A stretch of 64,000 nt of DNA, taken from assembly GCA_051294905.1 (NCBI GenBank), contig CM119372.1, forward strand, positions 4,962,001 to 5,026,000, given 5' to 3'. Origin of the DNA: Botryllus schlosseri (Eukaryota). Positions 1-12,573 of this stretch are shown in pieces. The position numbers and the translations under genes are program-made. Each line of letters begins with the position of its first letter. Positions within the stretch are counted from its first letter, which is position 1. Under the pieces are notes generated by a model. It had not been told where the DNA came from. It saw only the letters and a list, made by a program, of their open reading frames with translations, and did no database searches.

Positions 1-3000
1 CATTTGCCTTTTTCTGTGTTCGGGGGGCTCGGTGGAAGCTTTAAAGCATAGCGCGCGTTGTTAGCTCCCGGTGCACAGCTGGCTTGGAACGGATCTGAAT
101 GATTACAGATTACAGAGATTTCAATATACCAATGAATTTCCGTGGAAACAACGAAATTATACTGTTTTAGTACCGAACATTTCGGTGGGTGTAATTATTA
201 TGGAAGATATGGGAACCATTCATAAACCTACATAATTCGCTGATTGCCATCATCGTCTACTGCAGTGGTTCTCAACCGGGGGTCCGCGGACCCCTGGGGG
301 TCCGTGAAGCATTTTCAGGGGGTCCGCGAAACCTCTAAATTTGTAGAATGATTGACAACCTATTTTTTATTCATTTTTTAATTAGGCAAAGCATGAGCCA
401 GTTTCGCTTCATAATTGCTAAAACTTTAGGAATCACATGATTAAAATGGTCGTCTCAGATGAAATATCTGACTGTGCAAACTAATTTTAATTATAAAATT
501 GCCAATAGCCCGCTGATACAAACGTATTGCTGTTCATAGATGTTTTGTTTGGGTTCGTGGAAAAATGAAATGCTGAAGATAGGAAAATATAATAGGGTGA
601 CTTGAAATGTTTGCAAAACATTTTGGATTTGGAGTTGCCAGTCTCAGCAAATTAGTAAACAGTCGTTTGAAATAGAAATTCCTGAATTTTTTCCTAATCT
701 GTCCCAATAAAGGAATTGAAACCTCGCCACGAAATCCATTTTCTCCTGTGATATAACCACTAAATAACATCAATATGAGATGCTAGATAGAAATGACTAT
801 GCTGGACGTGATGTGTTCTTTAAAAAGTCACACCAATAGCGGTCGTAAGAAGCGTTGCGCGTTAATATTACAATCGCCACCAATATATCTTCGTGGAAAT
901 GGATTGTCGGCACTCGTTCAAATCAAATCGAAGACGCGGATTTTCAAGACAATGAATACAGCTGGAAAATTCCTTTCGAAATAATAAAAGTCTACCCAAT
1001 TTCCACATATAGTGTGCTGTTATTTTCAAGATCAGTCATTTTGTGGCTGTTTATCACTAACCTGCTATTGATATTCGCACAAGACATATGACGGTTTTCA
1101 CGTCAATTCAGGTAATTTTAAACGAAAACTTGAGGGGGTCCGTGACGGTCCAGAAGGGGTCCGCGAAGACAAAAAGGTTGAGAACCACTGGTCTACTGAA
1201 TAAATGTTGCACCACGTCGTAAAAAGAGCATAAAACAGTTTCGCATTTTTCAGTTAGCGAATTTGCTAGCAGCGTAGTGATTACAGTTGAAGAACGACCG
1301 TATCATTGGAATAAACAACAAATAATGACGCACTAACATTTTCCAGTCCGTGGGTCCTATGTTATCAGAAAAGAAGTGAGGATGATCATGATCATTGATC
1401 AATGATCACGATGCCTATAAGTAAAGTGATGTGAGTGTGGTGTAAAATGACCTCGTTGGTGCGGTATTGAGCTGACCCTGACACCGCGATATCAATAGTA
1501 CGAGTAGAATATATTTCATCAAACGATAGTCGATACACTACCCTGCGCAGTGCGCATGGAACGCAAAAGGCTGCTTGACACTATACTAATAGTGTGTTTT
1601 GTTACCGTAGAGCTGGAAGTGATCAATGCTAGCGGAGCTTAGACTATGGTGGCGAGCTAATGTCCCCATCGGCATGTTCCAACCGGCCGATTTCCCAATT
1701 GCGGTGTGACAGGATTTAGCATTTTTCAGAGTGCACATGGTGATATGCTCGTTCTCCGTTTTCACAGCTGCCAAACTGAAGTATCCAGAGTCTGAAAATG
1801 TAATAGTAATTTTGTAATTCATTCCATAGGAATTCTTTCAAGTGTGAGAGAGTTACCTCCCATCCCATAGTCTTCGTAGCCGACCACTGAAAGACCCTCA
1901 AAACTGAAGAATATGAAATGACTGTGCAGAATCATGACATCAGCTTCATCGTTCTGAAGTATACAGACGATATCATAACGCAGGGGCGTTACACGAAACT
2001 TCGGTAGCGGGACAGATTCAAAACATTGAGACCCAGTCAAAATGTTAACCTCCAAATTCATACCTTCGTTTTTTTCTTGAATGTTTCAGTTTCAACCGGA
2101 GCCATATTGAATATCGTAGGCCCGAGTATATTCATTATTCATATTGAAATGAAACGGAATATTTTCGACTGACACCCGTCCGGGGTAATCGTCAGCAACT
2201 ATTTTCAACTATTTTCTACTAGTTGCTGACAATTACCCCTGACGAGTGTCAGCCGAAATATTTGAGCTCATTTCAATATGAATATACTATTCAACTATTA
2301 TTTCGTCCAATTTACCAGAAAACTAAGAACAGATTGGACATTTTTTGCCGTCTTGGAGTTTGGTGTCAATGTCGCCGACTTGTTTCTAGACTCAGTCTAG
2401 ACTAGTCAAAACGCAACACTGCTGCCGGGTGGTTATAATGAGAACGTGAACTATGAACATTGAACATGTTCGACATCTGTTGTTTTGTGGGATGATTATT
2501 CACGTGACACTCTCTTTATATAAACTCTGGCCTTTTGTTGAGAACGCGCAGGAGTATACGGGCCCTTTATGGGCCCAAGCATTTTCCCATTTACTCAGAA
2601 TGTAATGGATTGAAGTTGGATGAAATCGTGTGACGCAGCGTATGTTTGACACCTCGTCATACAAGCGGTACACCCGTACACGAATAATAATAGAATCGGA
2701 ATGGAATCAGTCAGACCAGCACCAATCATACGTGCTTGGATAGTCCTATGAGGCTATGACCCATTCTCAGAGGCGGTCAGTAACGAAGTACTTCTACTTT
2801 TTGAAGTACTTGAAGTAAATTTTTCCTACTCACGCTACTTTTTCAGTAGTTATGATTTTAGACTACTTCTACTTCTATACTTGACAGTTTTCAGTTTTAT
2901 AGGCAAAAATAAGCGCAGAATACCTACTTACTTACTGACTTGTGAACCACCGCTCCTACTTCTACTTGAGTAGAAATTCCGGCGTTACATCTACTTCTAC

Positions 3001-3780
3001 TTGTGTAGCGACGGTGACTACTTCGACCGCCTCTGCCCATTCCAACGTAACTCTCCAACCAAAAATACGTAACCTTGATTGCATTTACGCATGCGTATCT
3101 TCCTTCCGTCAGAATTAAAACGCACGTAATCGGCAAGAAGCGACCGTTAACATTTGTACTCGCAACATCATTGCATTTATCGAGCTCGTTCTGTGAAGTG
3201 CAGCACCACCTCCATGAACGCTTGTCTGACGTCTGGCTCGCTCCTAAACCTACATGAAACACCAACGAATCAATTCATTATTTTATATATCGAGAGAGAC
3301 AGGCCGAAGAACAACGCTGACACTATTAGCAATGTGATTATAATGTCTGGAACTATTACTTAATGGTCTTCAAATAGGCGCCAGTAACTTGAATGTGACC
3401 TGTGCAATTGGATTTATAGTTCACGCAGGCTGTATTGAGTAGGCGCGTGGGGAGACGGACAGCGTAGCAACATGTGAGGTGGAAATGTGGAAGATATCGG
3501 CTAATCTCTGGAGCAATACATAATTATATGGGTCTTGTGATATTGAGGCATATTGCCTACAAGCCACACGGGTAAATAACTTAGCAGATGAGTCAAATGA
3601 TATGGTCATCACGCGTGACCTTGCATCTGCTGGCCAGTCGAAATAAAGCTATACGGTATACGAACGCATTACATCTTTAGCCTACATGTATTGGTATAGT
3701 AAATCGAGCATAAAGTTTAAGTACTCACCAAAGAGGGCTAGCACTGCGATGGTGACGAATATCTGTTTCAGAGTAGCCAT
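1..3780 (-). CDS. Transferrin-family protein, 5' part (signal peptide + first lobe); exons 3780-3729, 3249-3074, 1953-1857, 1791-1606, 94-<1; continues beyond the left edge
   Basis: Phase-consistent GT-AG splicing gives MATLKQIFVTIAVLALFG|LGASQTSDKRSWRWCCTSQNELDKC...CVNAIK|NDEADVMILHSH...YEDYGMG|DSGYFSLAAVK...LKNAKSCHTAIGKSAGWNMPMG...|DPFQASCAPGA. This matches the transferrin motifs VRWC..E..KC, EADAVTLD, YYAVAVVK, KSCHTG.GRSAGW and SCAP. Confidence 0.93.
263..1190. mobile_element. Non-autonomous hAT (Charlie/Buster-like) element in a transferrin intron
   Basis: TIRs CAGTGGTTCTCAACC...GGTTGAGAACCACTG, subterminal GGGGTCCG repeats, exact 8-bp TSD GTCTACTG (255-262, 1191-1198). Confidence 0.93.
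2136..2284. repeat. Imperfect palindromic (MITE-like) hairpin; a single arm recurs at about 62644-62705
   Basis: Arm TATTCATATTGAAATGA...GACTGACACCCGTCCGGGGTAATCGTCAGCAACTA is mirrored by TAGTTGCTGACAATTACCCCTGACGAGTGTCAG...TCATTTCAATATGAATA, with a loop of about 18 nt. Confidence 0.8.
2768..3035. mobile_element. Short hAT-type MITE with TACTT(C/G)TAC subterminal repeats, in a transferrin intron
   Basis: TIR CAGAGGCGGTC...GACCGCCTCTG; TSD CCCATTCT / CCCATTCC (7/8 match). Confidence 0.85.
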
Positions 3781-4512
3781 AACATATATTTGTATCCGCC
3801 TATCTCTACAACAAAAGCCACGACAACTGCACGACTTTGTAAATGCAAATACTTTTATCTACATCGACAGAATGATTCCGGAATGGTGTTCGCCTGGATT
3901 TCGTAGACTATTTAGCGATGTATTTATCCGGTATTGAGAATCGAAAAACGCCTACCGAAAATTGGTTTAAAATACATATATTTCATTTGAATCGCTTCCC
4001 TTTAATATGTATCACGGGAAATATTTTTCCATCCAGACATCGAAGGTCTCACGTGTACATAAAAACACAGGGGAAAGGTTGCCCATCTGCCCAACTATGT
4101 TGATCTCGGGTTTCCGCTCAAACTACGATTCCCGAGTACTTACACTAATATGCATGTGTAATGTGTATTGTGTAATTGTGTATCTCTAGAATTATCTAGT
4201 TGTCCAAGTCTGGATCCGAGATACTGTGTAATATCTATTATCTATACAGATATATTTGACTGTAAAGTATTCAAGTGAAAAGATAGGCCATGATTTTGAT
4301 ATCGGTTGACTGCTGCGACCCGCGAGCGATTTGAAGGTTTGAATCCGACCCACGACATAATTTGAGTTTGACACCCCTGTAATAGGCTATTTCAAAATAT
4401 AACTTCCACATTGTTAATTTATTCGCTAAGAGTATTTCGAGTGACTCTCATCAGTAGCCAACGCCAGTAATACAGTCCATCAAATTAGAAGTCTAGGAAA
4501 TATAGATGTGTA

Positions 4513-5468
4513 GGGGAGATGTGGTATCGATGAGACACTAGGACCGAAAATTCTTGGAAAATTCTCTGTGATAATCCCATGATTACAGTACGTGACTTTG
4601 TCTACAATGACATACTGGCAGAATATTTCTTAGCATGAAAAAAAGTTCGACCTGCGTGAGTTGTGGGGTCTCTAACAAATGATTTACGTTTTAGAAAATA
4701 AATTTGGATCGACGAATACATTTTTCCATATCACCTTCCACACTTACAAACCATCCATAATTTTTGATGTGAAGTATATAGGGATTGTATCAGGGTATAT
4801 AATGGCACATATTTTTAATTCATGATCATCCTCGAGTGGACTATTTTCCATTCAATTACAATGTTTATGGGGTGGGGGCCTATGGTACCATGTCCAAATG
4901 AAGCAAAATAGTTGAACCAACTAATCACTTAACAACAGAAACACGCCTACATATATAGAGGCTGTAAATCATAGTCACCTGTGATGTTTTATCGCTATAA
5001 CGAAGTATTTGAAAGTCAAAATGTCGACTTGCGGGTAATATGTGTATGCCAATAATTCTGTAAGTTTGGGCGTAAATCGAAACGTGATTTTATGCCAACA
5101 TTTGAGTTGATATAATCTATTTCATTCTTGTAGGTGACGATGAAACATTCTTCATTGGCTTGCTGTAAATTATATTATAGTATACAACAACACAAGTTGG
5201 AAATTTTGCGTTTTTGAGCGTATGTCTTATAGGTCCCATGATCGTGTGCCTTTGGACCCGCCGGGTGGGATCAATGATGCGTTCGAGCAACACATTTTAA
5301 ACCTTTATAAATATTTTTTTGAAAAGGCGGATATTCATGTAAATGTCCGCAATAGGATAGAGCTTGGATCTAAGTGTTGAGCCAGCAAAAGATCTGCTAT
5401 TCCCGGATGAAGATTTGAGGGCCGGAGATCATTTTGCAATTTTTGATCCATCGGCACCACATATCCCC
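4513..5468. mobile_element. Tc1/mariner-superfamily-like (pogo-type) non-autonomous element
   Basis: TA-GGGGAGATGTGGTATCGATG ... CATCGGCACCACATATCCCC-TA: imperfect TIRs of about 20 bp flanked by TA on both sides. Confidence 0.75.
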
Positions 5469-6185
5469 TAAATAATGATATATATCAGGGACGGGCAACA
5501 TACGGCCCGCGACATGATATTGTGTGACCCATGACCTACTAAAAACACAGCCTCGCAGTCTGCCTATTGACCTGAAAATTAAGAGGCCTAAAGTAGGCTA
5601 TACTTCCAACCCTTGCCAGCTTGGCACTCAATCAGTCAGAAAATGCGATATTGTCATATTGCCCCCTGTCTCTGGTACTCTAATAACACACCGGCGCAGA
5701 ATGTTTATAAATAGTCTATTGCATCAATATATAACGGAAAGATTAGGAACGAAATTTGTATAATCAAAGAAAAATGGCTGTTGAAGCTCTTAAATTAGAG
5801 CCTTAGAAAACAAATATCACAGCCTCACAGGACAATCACTTCTTTCACCTTTGCCTCTCCTTAAATTGGCGAACTGAGTCTTCTCTGAGTGAGGAATTCA
5901 CCAATTTTTCTGATTATTGTAAAATAATTTAGTAGGCCATGGCGGCCCGCAGACAGTTTTCGGTCTTACATGATAATATTGCAGGCGGTCACAGTCTTCC
6001 CCTTCCGCGATTCTCCACTACTTGCTTGCTACGTCAAATTATGATGATAGTAGGTTATTCTTTAGTTCGTTTTTTGGACACAAATAATAGGGATTGCTAT
6101 TTATTCATTAGTTCTCTGTTTTCTTCGTGTCCGACATGCAGTCAGAGTTTAAAGTACCTGTACACAACTTTGATCGACCACATAC

Positions 6186-8242
6186 CAAGGTTGTAATGAC
6201 TCGAGTCATGACTCGACTCGAGTCAGACATGAGTCACGATTTTTTTATGACTCGACTTGACTCGAGTCGTTTTCTTGAAATGGGAAAATGACTCGACTCG
6301 ACTCGAGTCAATATTTGGATTGACTCGACTTGTACTCGCGTCATTACGCATGACTCGACCCAAGTCATTGACTCGGCTTATTTTATATGACTTGAAGATG
6401 AAGAAATTTGCGAATCATAATGGCTAGATCAACGCATCCGACGAATTCTGCCGACATCGCTATTTGTCACCACTGCTTTCGTTGCACTTGTCTGATATAT
6501 CAGATATGCCGCCGTAAAAACAACAGAAAATGATACATAGTAGCTATGCATTGTACAAAATCGTCCAGTGATGAAGAGGTAATAGATCCTCCGCAATAAA
6601 AGTACTCAAGACTTTTCAATTATACAAGCAAACAATTGAATCAAAGTTCAATTAGAGCCAATGAAATGACTCAGATGGTGAAGAGACTGATAAGCTCATG
6701 TGTAGATTTGAAGGCGATGATTCTTTGCATTTTTGGGCGACTAGAAAGAATGAGTATTCAATGCTCTTCAGTGTGGTTCAAAAATGCTTGTCAATTCCTG
6801 CATCTAGAGCACTAGTGGAACGTGTATTCAGTAGATGTGGATTCATTCTACGGCCATGCCGTTTTAACATATTTGAGGATCTCCTTTCCACATTAGTATT
6901 TTTTGAGGTGTAACTCATTGATTTGATCTGCTGTCTGTGAAAACACACAATGCCCTTCGTCCATTTGACGTTTTGTTAGGTATGTGCATTGTGCACATGA
7001 GTAATAATGAATGGCTAATGTTGTGTGATGTTTGTACAATATGGCTGTTCTAAAATAACTTCTTTTTTATTTTACTGGGTGGTTACATGATAAAATTGTT
7101 ATGTTGCATAAAAGGAACACTGAATCTGGCTTAATTTGAAAAAAGTGGAATCAATGATCTGAGAGGGGAATATTCTGGATTTGAAAATAAATGGAGTATT
7201 TTAGTGAGAAATTCTTTCATATAATATAATTACATAGTAGTAAGCCGACTATTTTTTCATATCCAAAACATTCTATACTCTAATAACTTCACTTTTTCTA
7301 GTTGGAATTGAGTCAAATTTGCTATGAATCATATTTTTACACAATGTAACAATATCATGAGATCGCCGATAAAATTCGAAAATCTCTATTTGTAATTAGT
7401 CTAAAATTTTCTTTCATAGCATTGCTTTCTACTGGTTGGAATTGAGCCAAATTTGATTTTTAGGCAATCTAGCAATTTTAAGAAGTAGCCAGAAAATTTG
7501 AAAAAATGTTTTTGAACAGCCCCATTGTACAATTATTTCTCCAATGCTGTAACTGCGATGTAGTCGGTAATGCAATTGGGAAAACCTTTAGTATAATCAA
7601 AAGGTATCTGTTCTGTTGTCACTGCACAATGCACATAGTTGCATGCACGCTTTTACAGCATGCTGGCCTGTTGTAAATACCTCTACATAAACATGCATCT
7701 ATTGATTCTCTATCAACTAGTATCTTGACGTGAATTTGTTGGTTCTCTATCAGATAGTATGTAGACGTGAATTCGTTGGTTCTCTATCAGCTATTCGTGA
7801 GCTATCGTCGATGTGTTCATAATAAAAACTGAATGCTTGTATTGGTGATGTATCAGACTGACAAGAGAGATATTTGATTTTAAGTTCTAAGATTAGTAAA
7901 GTTATCTTTAGCATCGGTAAATGAGGCCAGGACCTGTCCGTTATCTGCCTAAATAAACACGTGCCAAGACTCTGATAGGGACAAAATGAGCATGTTTCGC
8001 AAACAGGGAATTCGATATCACCCAAGCAGGATTGAAAACATGAGTTGAACATGACTTCAATACTGTGACTTGGACTCGACTCGAGTCATAACACCATGAC
8101 TCGGACTTGACCCTTTAAACGGTGACTTGGACTCGGACTCGAGTCTGTGATGAATTGAAAATGACTCGACTCGACTCGAGTCAAAACCACAAAAGTATGA
8201 TTAACTCGTGACTCGGAACCATGTGACTTGGTTACAACCCTG
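6186..8242 (+). mobile_element. Internally deleted hAT element with GACTCGAGTC subterminal arrays
   Basis: Ends CAAGGTTGTAA...TTACAACCCTG; dense GACTCGA(C/G)TC arrays at 6197-6375 and 8065-8230; internal transposase remnant; flanked by CATAC on both sides. Confidence 0.88.
6698..6913 (+). pseudogene. hAT transposase C-terminal dimerisation domain remnant
   Basis: DSLHFWATRKNEYSMLFSVVQKCLSIPASRALVERVFSRCGFILRPCRFNI...LLSTLVF matches the hATC pattern L.WW....YP.L..LA..YLSIPA.SA..ER.FS..G.I....R..L. Confidence 0.9.
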
Positions 8243-8736
8243 CATACGTCTCATTAACTTCAACGCAGCTATTGACGTACAATTACGCTAATAAATGTAC
8301 TGAATACTGCTTTGGTCTCTATGCTTCAGGCCTAATGTTTACATTGAATACGATTCATCCTTGTATGGGTGGATAAATACGCGTTTAACGTATCTATTCA
8401 GGAATTCGGGCCCGCTAAGCATCCCATATCCGGCCCGTCGACTGCAGAAGCTGCCCGCTCCTGATAAATACAAGGGTGCGAAGTCTATTGACTGAAATGC
8501 TGTATGAAGGATGCAGAGACCAGTGATTCGTAACTTTAACAACACTTGCACTAATTATTATGTTTATGTTTATTGTTATTATTCCCATGTTACCATATAG
8601 ATTACTGGTGCACAAAATGAACTGTGCATCACCAGAATGTTGAACGAACATAAATATCAAAGTTTGATTTTCGTACAAAGCGAAACATTATAAATGAATA
8701 TTGATTGCATGTCGATGGGACTTGTACGCTCTTCCC

Positions 8737-9413
8737 CAGGGGCGGCCAACCTTTTCTGCCAAAGGGCCACATTCCATTGACGAACCATCGCGCGGGCCAC
8801 TAGCCGCGCCAAGCGCGAAAATTTTTCAAAGTTTATAGGTCAATATTATGGTTACTTGACTATATTCCGGGTCTGCTGTATATTGCGGGGCTCAATTTGC
8901 AAGAACTGGACCATTCGTCGCCTGGACAATGGATATCGAAAGCTTCGGCCAACATGCGTCGATCATTTCATGCCTATGTTTCATCGTCGACGGTCTTTCT
9001 GCGAGCGCAAACACAGGGTCACCTGTTGGACGACACTTCCTCTCCTAACTGCGATTATAATTAGACATAATCTCGCACAATAGGCGTTCTTTCATTTTCA
9101 GGAGGGGGAACAATATTAAAAGCAAGAAATCGAGTGACAGCATATTGCGGGAAGCGGGAAGAAAATTTTTACTTTAGATAAATCTACCGCAGAATATTCT
9201 GCATTATTGTAATGTACGAAGATCTACAAAAATTTGACTGGCCCATGAATCTGCCAATGCGTCGGAATTGATATTTTAGTCGTCACATCCCAAGTGTAGC
9301 GGCGAGACTGATCAAATTTTTGGTCGGCCATGCAATTTCACAATCTGAGCAATCCATTTTTGGTAGTATTACTAATTTCTGAAATTACGCGAGCCACGGG
9401 TTGGCCGGCCCTG
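8737..9413. mobile_element. hAT (Charlie-like) non-autonomous element; same family as 36088-36962
   Basis: TIR CAGGGGCGGCCAACC...GGTTGGCCGGCCCTG; exact 8-bp TSD CTCTTCCC; internal sequence similar to 36088-36962. Confidence 0.92.
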
Positions 9414-10605
9414 CTCTTCCCCTTCAGGCCTTCACATACCAATTCAGAAATGTGAGGTTTACCGTGGAAAGTGTCATCGTATTGTTCGGTCGAAACGCAA
9501 CAACCTATATGATAACAATTGCTTAATTGCAAGTGGGCTTATAAATATTCGAGATAGAATTGGCATTTCAGAATGACGTAGTTTCGATTATGAACCCCAA
9601 GTATAATGAAACCACTGCAGACAACGTATACCACGACGACACTCATTAATTCGACGACCTATCGGGCCTAATTGCCTGCAATCAGTGATTGCCGGGCGTG
9701 TCTTCACAAATCATGTGAATGAGTTGAGTCTGTGTGTCTTCTCGACCTCCAGCGAACCCATGAGACTGACTCCGGTGAACTCCTGTGGTTCACGGGAAGA
9801 CCGGTTAAGAACCAATGATGTAAACCATTTGATGTATAGAATATACCAAAGCGTTTTGAGCGGCCGACGGCCTTTTGAGTCACAAGTTATATAGCCTCTG
9901 TGATACCTTTTGGTCTGAACTAAGCGTAAACCTTTCTTATACCTTTTCGAAATTTGGTGTAGATGACGCAGGCTTGTTACTAAAATGGTGACTTGATTAC
10001 TAGAGAGAAAGTAAGACATTGCCGTCGGAAGCATATTGTGTGTATTGTATACGTGCTACAACTTTTTGCGTAAATGCGTTGGGTAATATAAGCAATTTTT
10101 TCGTTTAGTCAGCACTGCTGCGCAGGCCGGATGATAACGTCCGTCAGACCGTATGTTTGACACCCATCCATATGCATATGTATCGCGGTATGATAGGGAG
10201 CGCGCAGGAGACATTAATACCCGTGAATTCCGTCGAAATAGCCAGGAACTGTACTCTGCGAACTGCATCGAACACAGCCAAAATAAATGTGACGTCATCC
10301 TATGTTTTCTGACTTTATCCAGCCGTAGGGCCAACAAAAGCAGAAAAATGGAGTCTTCACTCCAGTGATAAGCTATTCTACGGCTTGGCTTCCAAAACTT
10401 TTCTGCCCCGACCGCTATTCACCTCCTAAAACTTTCCGCGACCTCCTCAACGGTTAACATAAGCGAAAAACATATTTTCGATATTTATTGAAAGTAATTA
10501 GAGTTAAAGCTGAAACCAACGTACTGGTAATCACAGCCTACCACTTCCCAAATCTGCGCCTGTAGCGTATTCCAAAAAACAGTCACAGTCGCTGTTACCG
10601 TTAGA

Positions 10606-10957
10606 TAGGGTTACCATATCTTGGAACCGTGGAAGGAGGACACTCATTTCAAAATTTTCAAACTTAGAATAGTCCTACCGGTGGAAAATCTTGAAAAAAT
10701 GGTAAATTTTTCCCACTCCGAGGTCGGTTGACTGAAAAAAGGTCAACTTTCCGGCTTAGCGCCCGAAATAGTCGCGGAGCGTTACTTCAGTGCTGATTTA
10801 ATGTATGTCAGTCGAATTTTGCCCTATATTTAACCAAAATTATATAAAAAGAGGACAAAATCTCAAAAAAGAGGACATTTAGGCGTTCTCGGGGGACATT
10901 TTCAAAAACCTGAAAAGTAGGACAAATCATCCTAAAGTAGAACGTATGGTAATCCTA
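10606..10957. mobile_element. hAT (Blackjack-like, TAGGGTTACC-ended) MITE
   Basis: TAGGGTTACCATA...TATGGTAATCCTA, GAGGAC subterminal repeats, exact TSD CCGTTAGA. Relatives at 22486-22916, about 20523-20811, about 29300-29425 and about 41707-42000. Confidence 0.9.
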
Positions 10958-11149
10958 CCGTTAGATAGATTTGACCACTTATATCTGTTGATTCGACCGC
11001 TTGAACTTTAGCTGCCAGCATACGGCCCCGAAGTTCGAACTATCTCCGGCAAGCTATTTCACGTGGATTCATTATGCGGGACGTAACACGAATCACCGAA
11101 TTGGATCGACTACTCTCTATATTCTGCAACTGCATTGGTCAACTTTCCA

Positions 11150-12573
11150 CTACCTTTTCGAGTGATGTTCACACAAGCCACGCGGCATTTTTTCCAAATC
11201 TATTCGCGCCTGTACATGAAAAAGGCCGTGTTACCTCGGATATTATCGAGCAAAAAATTACGTTACCTTCTCACGGAGGATGCCCGTAATCAATGCGTCG
11301 TCAATTGGAATATCGGATGGTGTCACCAAAGACATTTCATGTAATGCTGAAGCTGCTTCGTATGACATAATGTAACAGACACCGTTGCAATAAGGAGGGT
11401 AATAGGTTGTGTCATATTTCGCAATTTGGATTGCCCACTTTCCTTTTCGCGTTACCTATATTCAACGATATTGACTTATTTTTAGGTCATATATTGCATA
11501 CCGAAATCTCAAATTATGTATCAGGGAAAACAGTCACCGACTCAATGCGCATAACTACATCCAATCATGATAGGGACTTACCTTTGCGGCTTTATTTAGA
11601 TGATCACCACAGTGTACGACATTTTTATTTGCTTCCAAAGCAGTTATATAATTTATAATTCCGGATATGCTCATCACTACGTCATCATCAACTGATGCTA
11701 TGAATTTCACGTCCCTAAAGTGAATCTTATGATTACAACGCTGCGATACGGGTTGTTTACGTGTTTACCTGCAGAAACGAGTCACAAATTTTAAAGATAG
11801 CAGGGTCTTTATCGTGAGATTAGCGTATGTATCCTCGAAATTCCCCACGACGATATCGTTGTAAAATTTCGACTCTTGCACAGCATTGTAGTTTGCGGAA
11901 GAATCCTTCCCCAAAACAAAAATGATGCGAAGCTGGAACAAGGAAATTGTTTGCAAATTATTAAGTAATTTTAGACTTTATTCGAATTCCAATAGGACCA
12001 TCCAAATAACTGCCAAAGACAATTGTCTACATGTCCTTGATTGGCATTGCACAGTGCACATTGTATTACACATGCATTGTACTGCTACGCATTGTACGTA
12101 TAAATGAGACAAAATGTATTCCAGACCTGACTGCTTTTGATTTTCGCCAATACATTCCGCAGTGACATGCGTTCGTTGAAATGCGCAACCGCACTCTTTA
12201 CGACGAGCAGTAACCAATGCTCTGCTGTTGACAGAAATTGAATAGCTGAAGCAAAAACTGCACTATAATAGGAATAAGGCACGCGCTAACCTGGATTGCA
12301 AAATGGCTTTGTCGGCAACAAAACGAAATCAAATTCTGATCCACGTTCGTTTCGCTTGTTTTCCCAGAATCGTTGTGGCATGCGCCGTTTATATGACCGT
12401 GGTTCCAATGAGAATTTGAAGCTTCTTCTGTATTTTTCTTTTGTAGCATTACTAAATTGTCCATCTCGATGTACTGGAGGAGAATATGGTCTGTGATTGA
12501 CTGCCATGGGAGGTATTGACCGAAACAGCAGAAGGGCGGCACTGCAAGGTGCAAACGCGCAAACAATAACAAT
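11150..12573 (-). CDS. GT31-family beta-1,3-galactosyltransferase/GlcNAc-transferase-like type II membrane protein; exons 12573-12291, 12245-12127, 11932-11769, 11714-11582, 11455-11267, 11209-11150 (first exon uncertain, possibly 13096-13073)
   Basis: The spliced ORF has a hydrophobic N-terminal segment (IVIVCAFAPCSAALLLF), LLLVVKSAVAHFNERMSLR, IFVLG, ESKFYNDIVVGNFEDTYANLTIKTL, the DxD motif VDDDV, YPPYCNGVCYIMS and IDDALITGILREK. All junctions are GT-AG and in phase. The last exon (ARIDLEKMPRGLCEHHSKR*) is less certain. Confidence 0.9.

Noticed and set aside
6197..6375. GACTCGAGTC arrays (also 8065-8230, 15840-16015, 16620-16785) as a CRISPR-like array
   Set aside because: The units are short and irregular with no unique spacers of constant length and no cas genes. 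They are subterminal repeats of hAT elements in a eukaryotic genome.
9685..10560. ORFs of 69-107 aa between the GT31 gene and the hAT at 9413
   Set aside because: No recognisable motif and no consistent exon chain. They may be 3' UTR or extra GT31 3' exons, but I cannot support a call.
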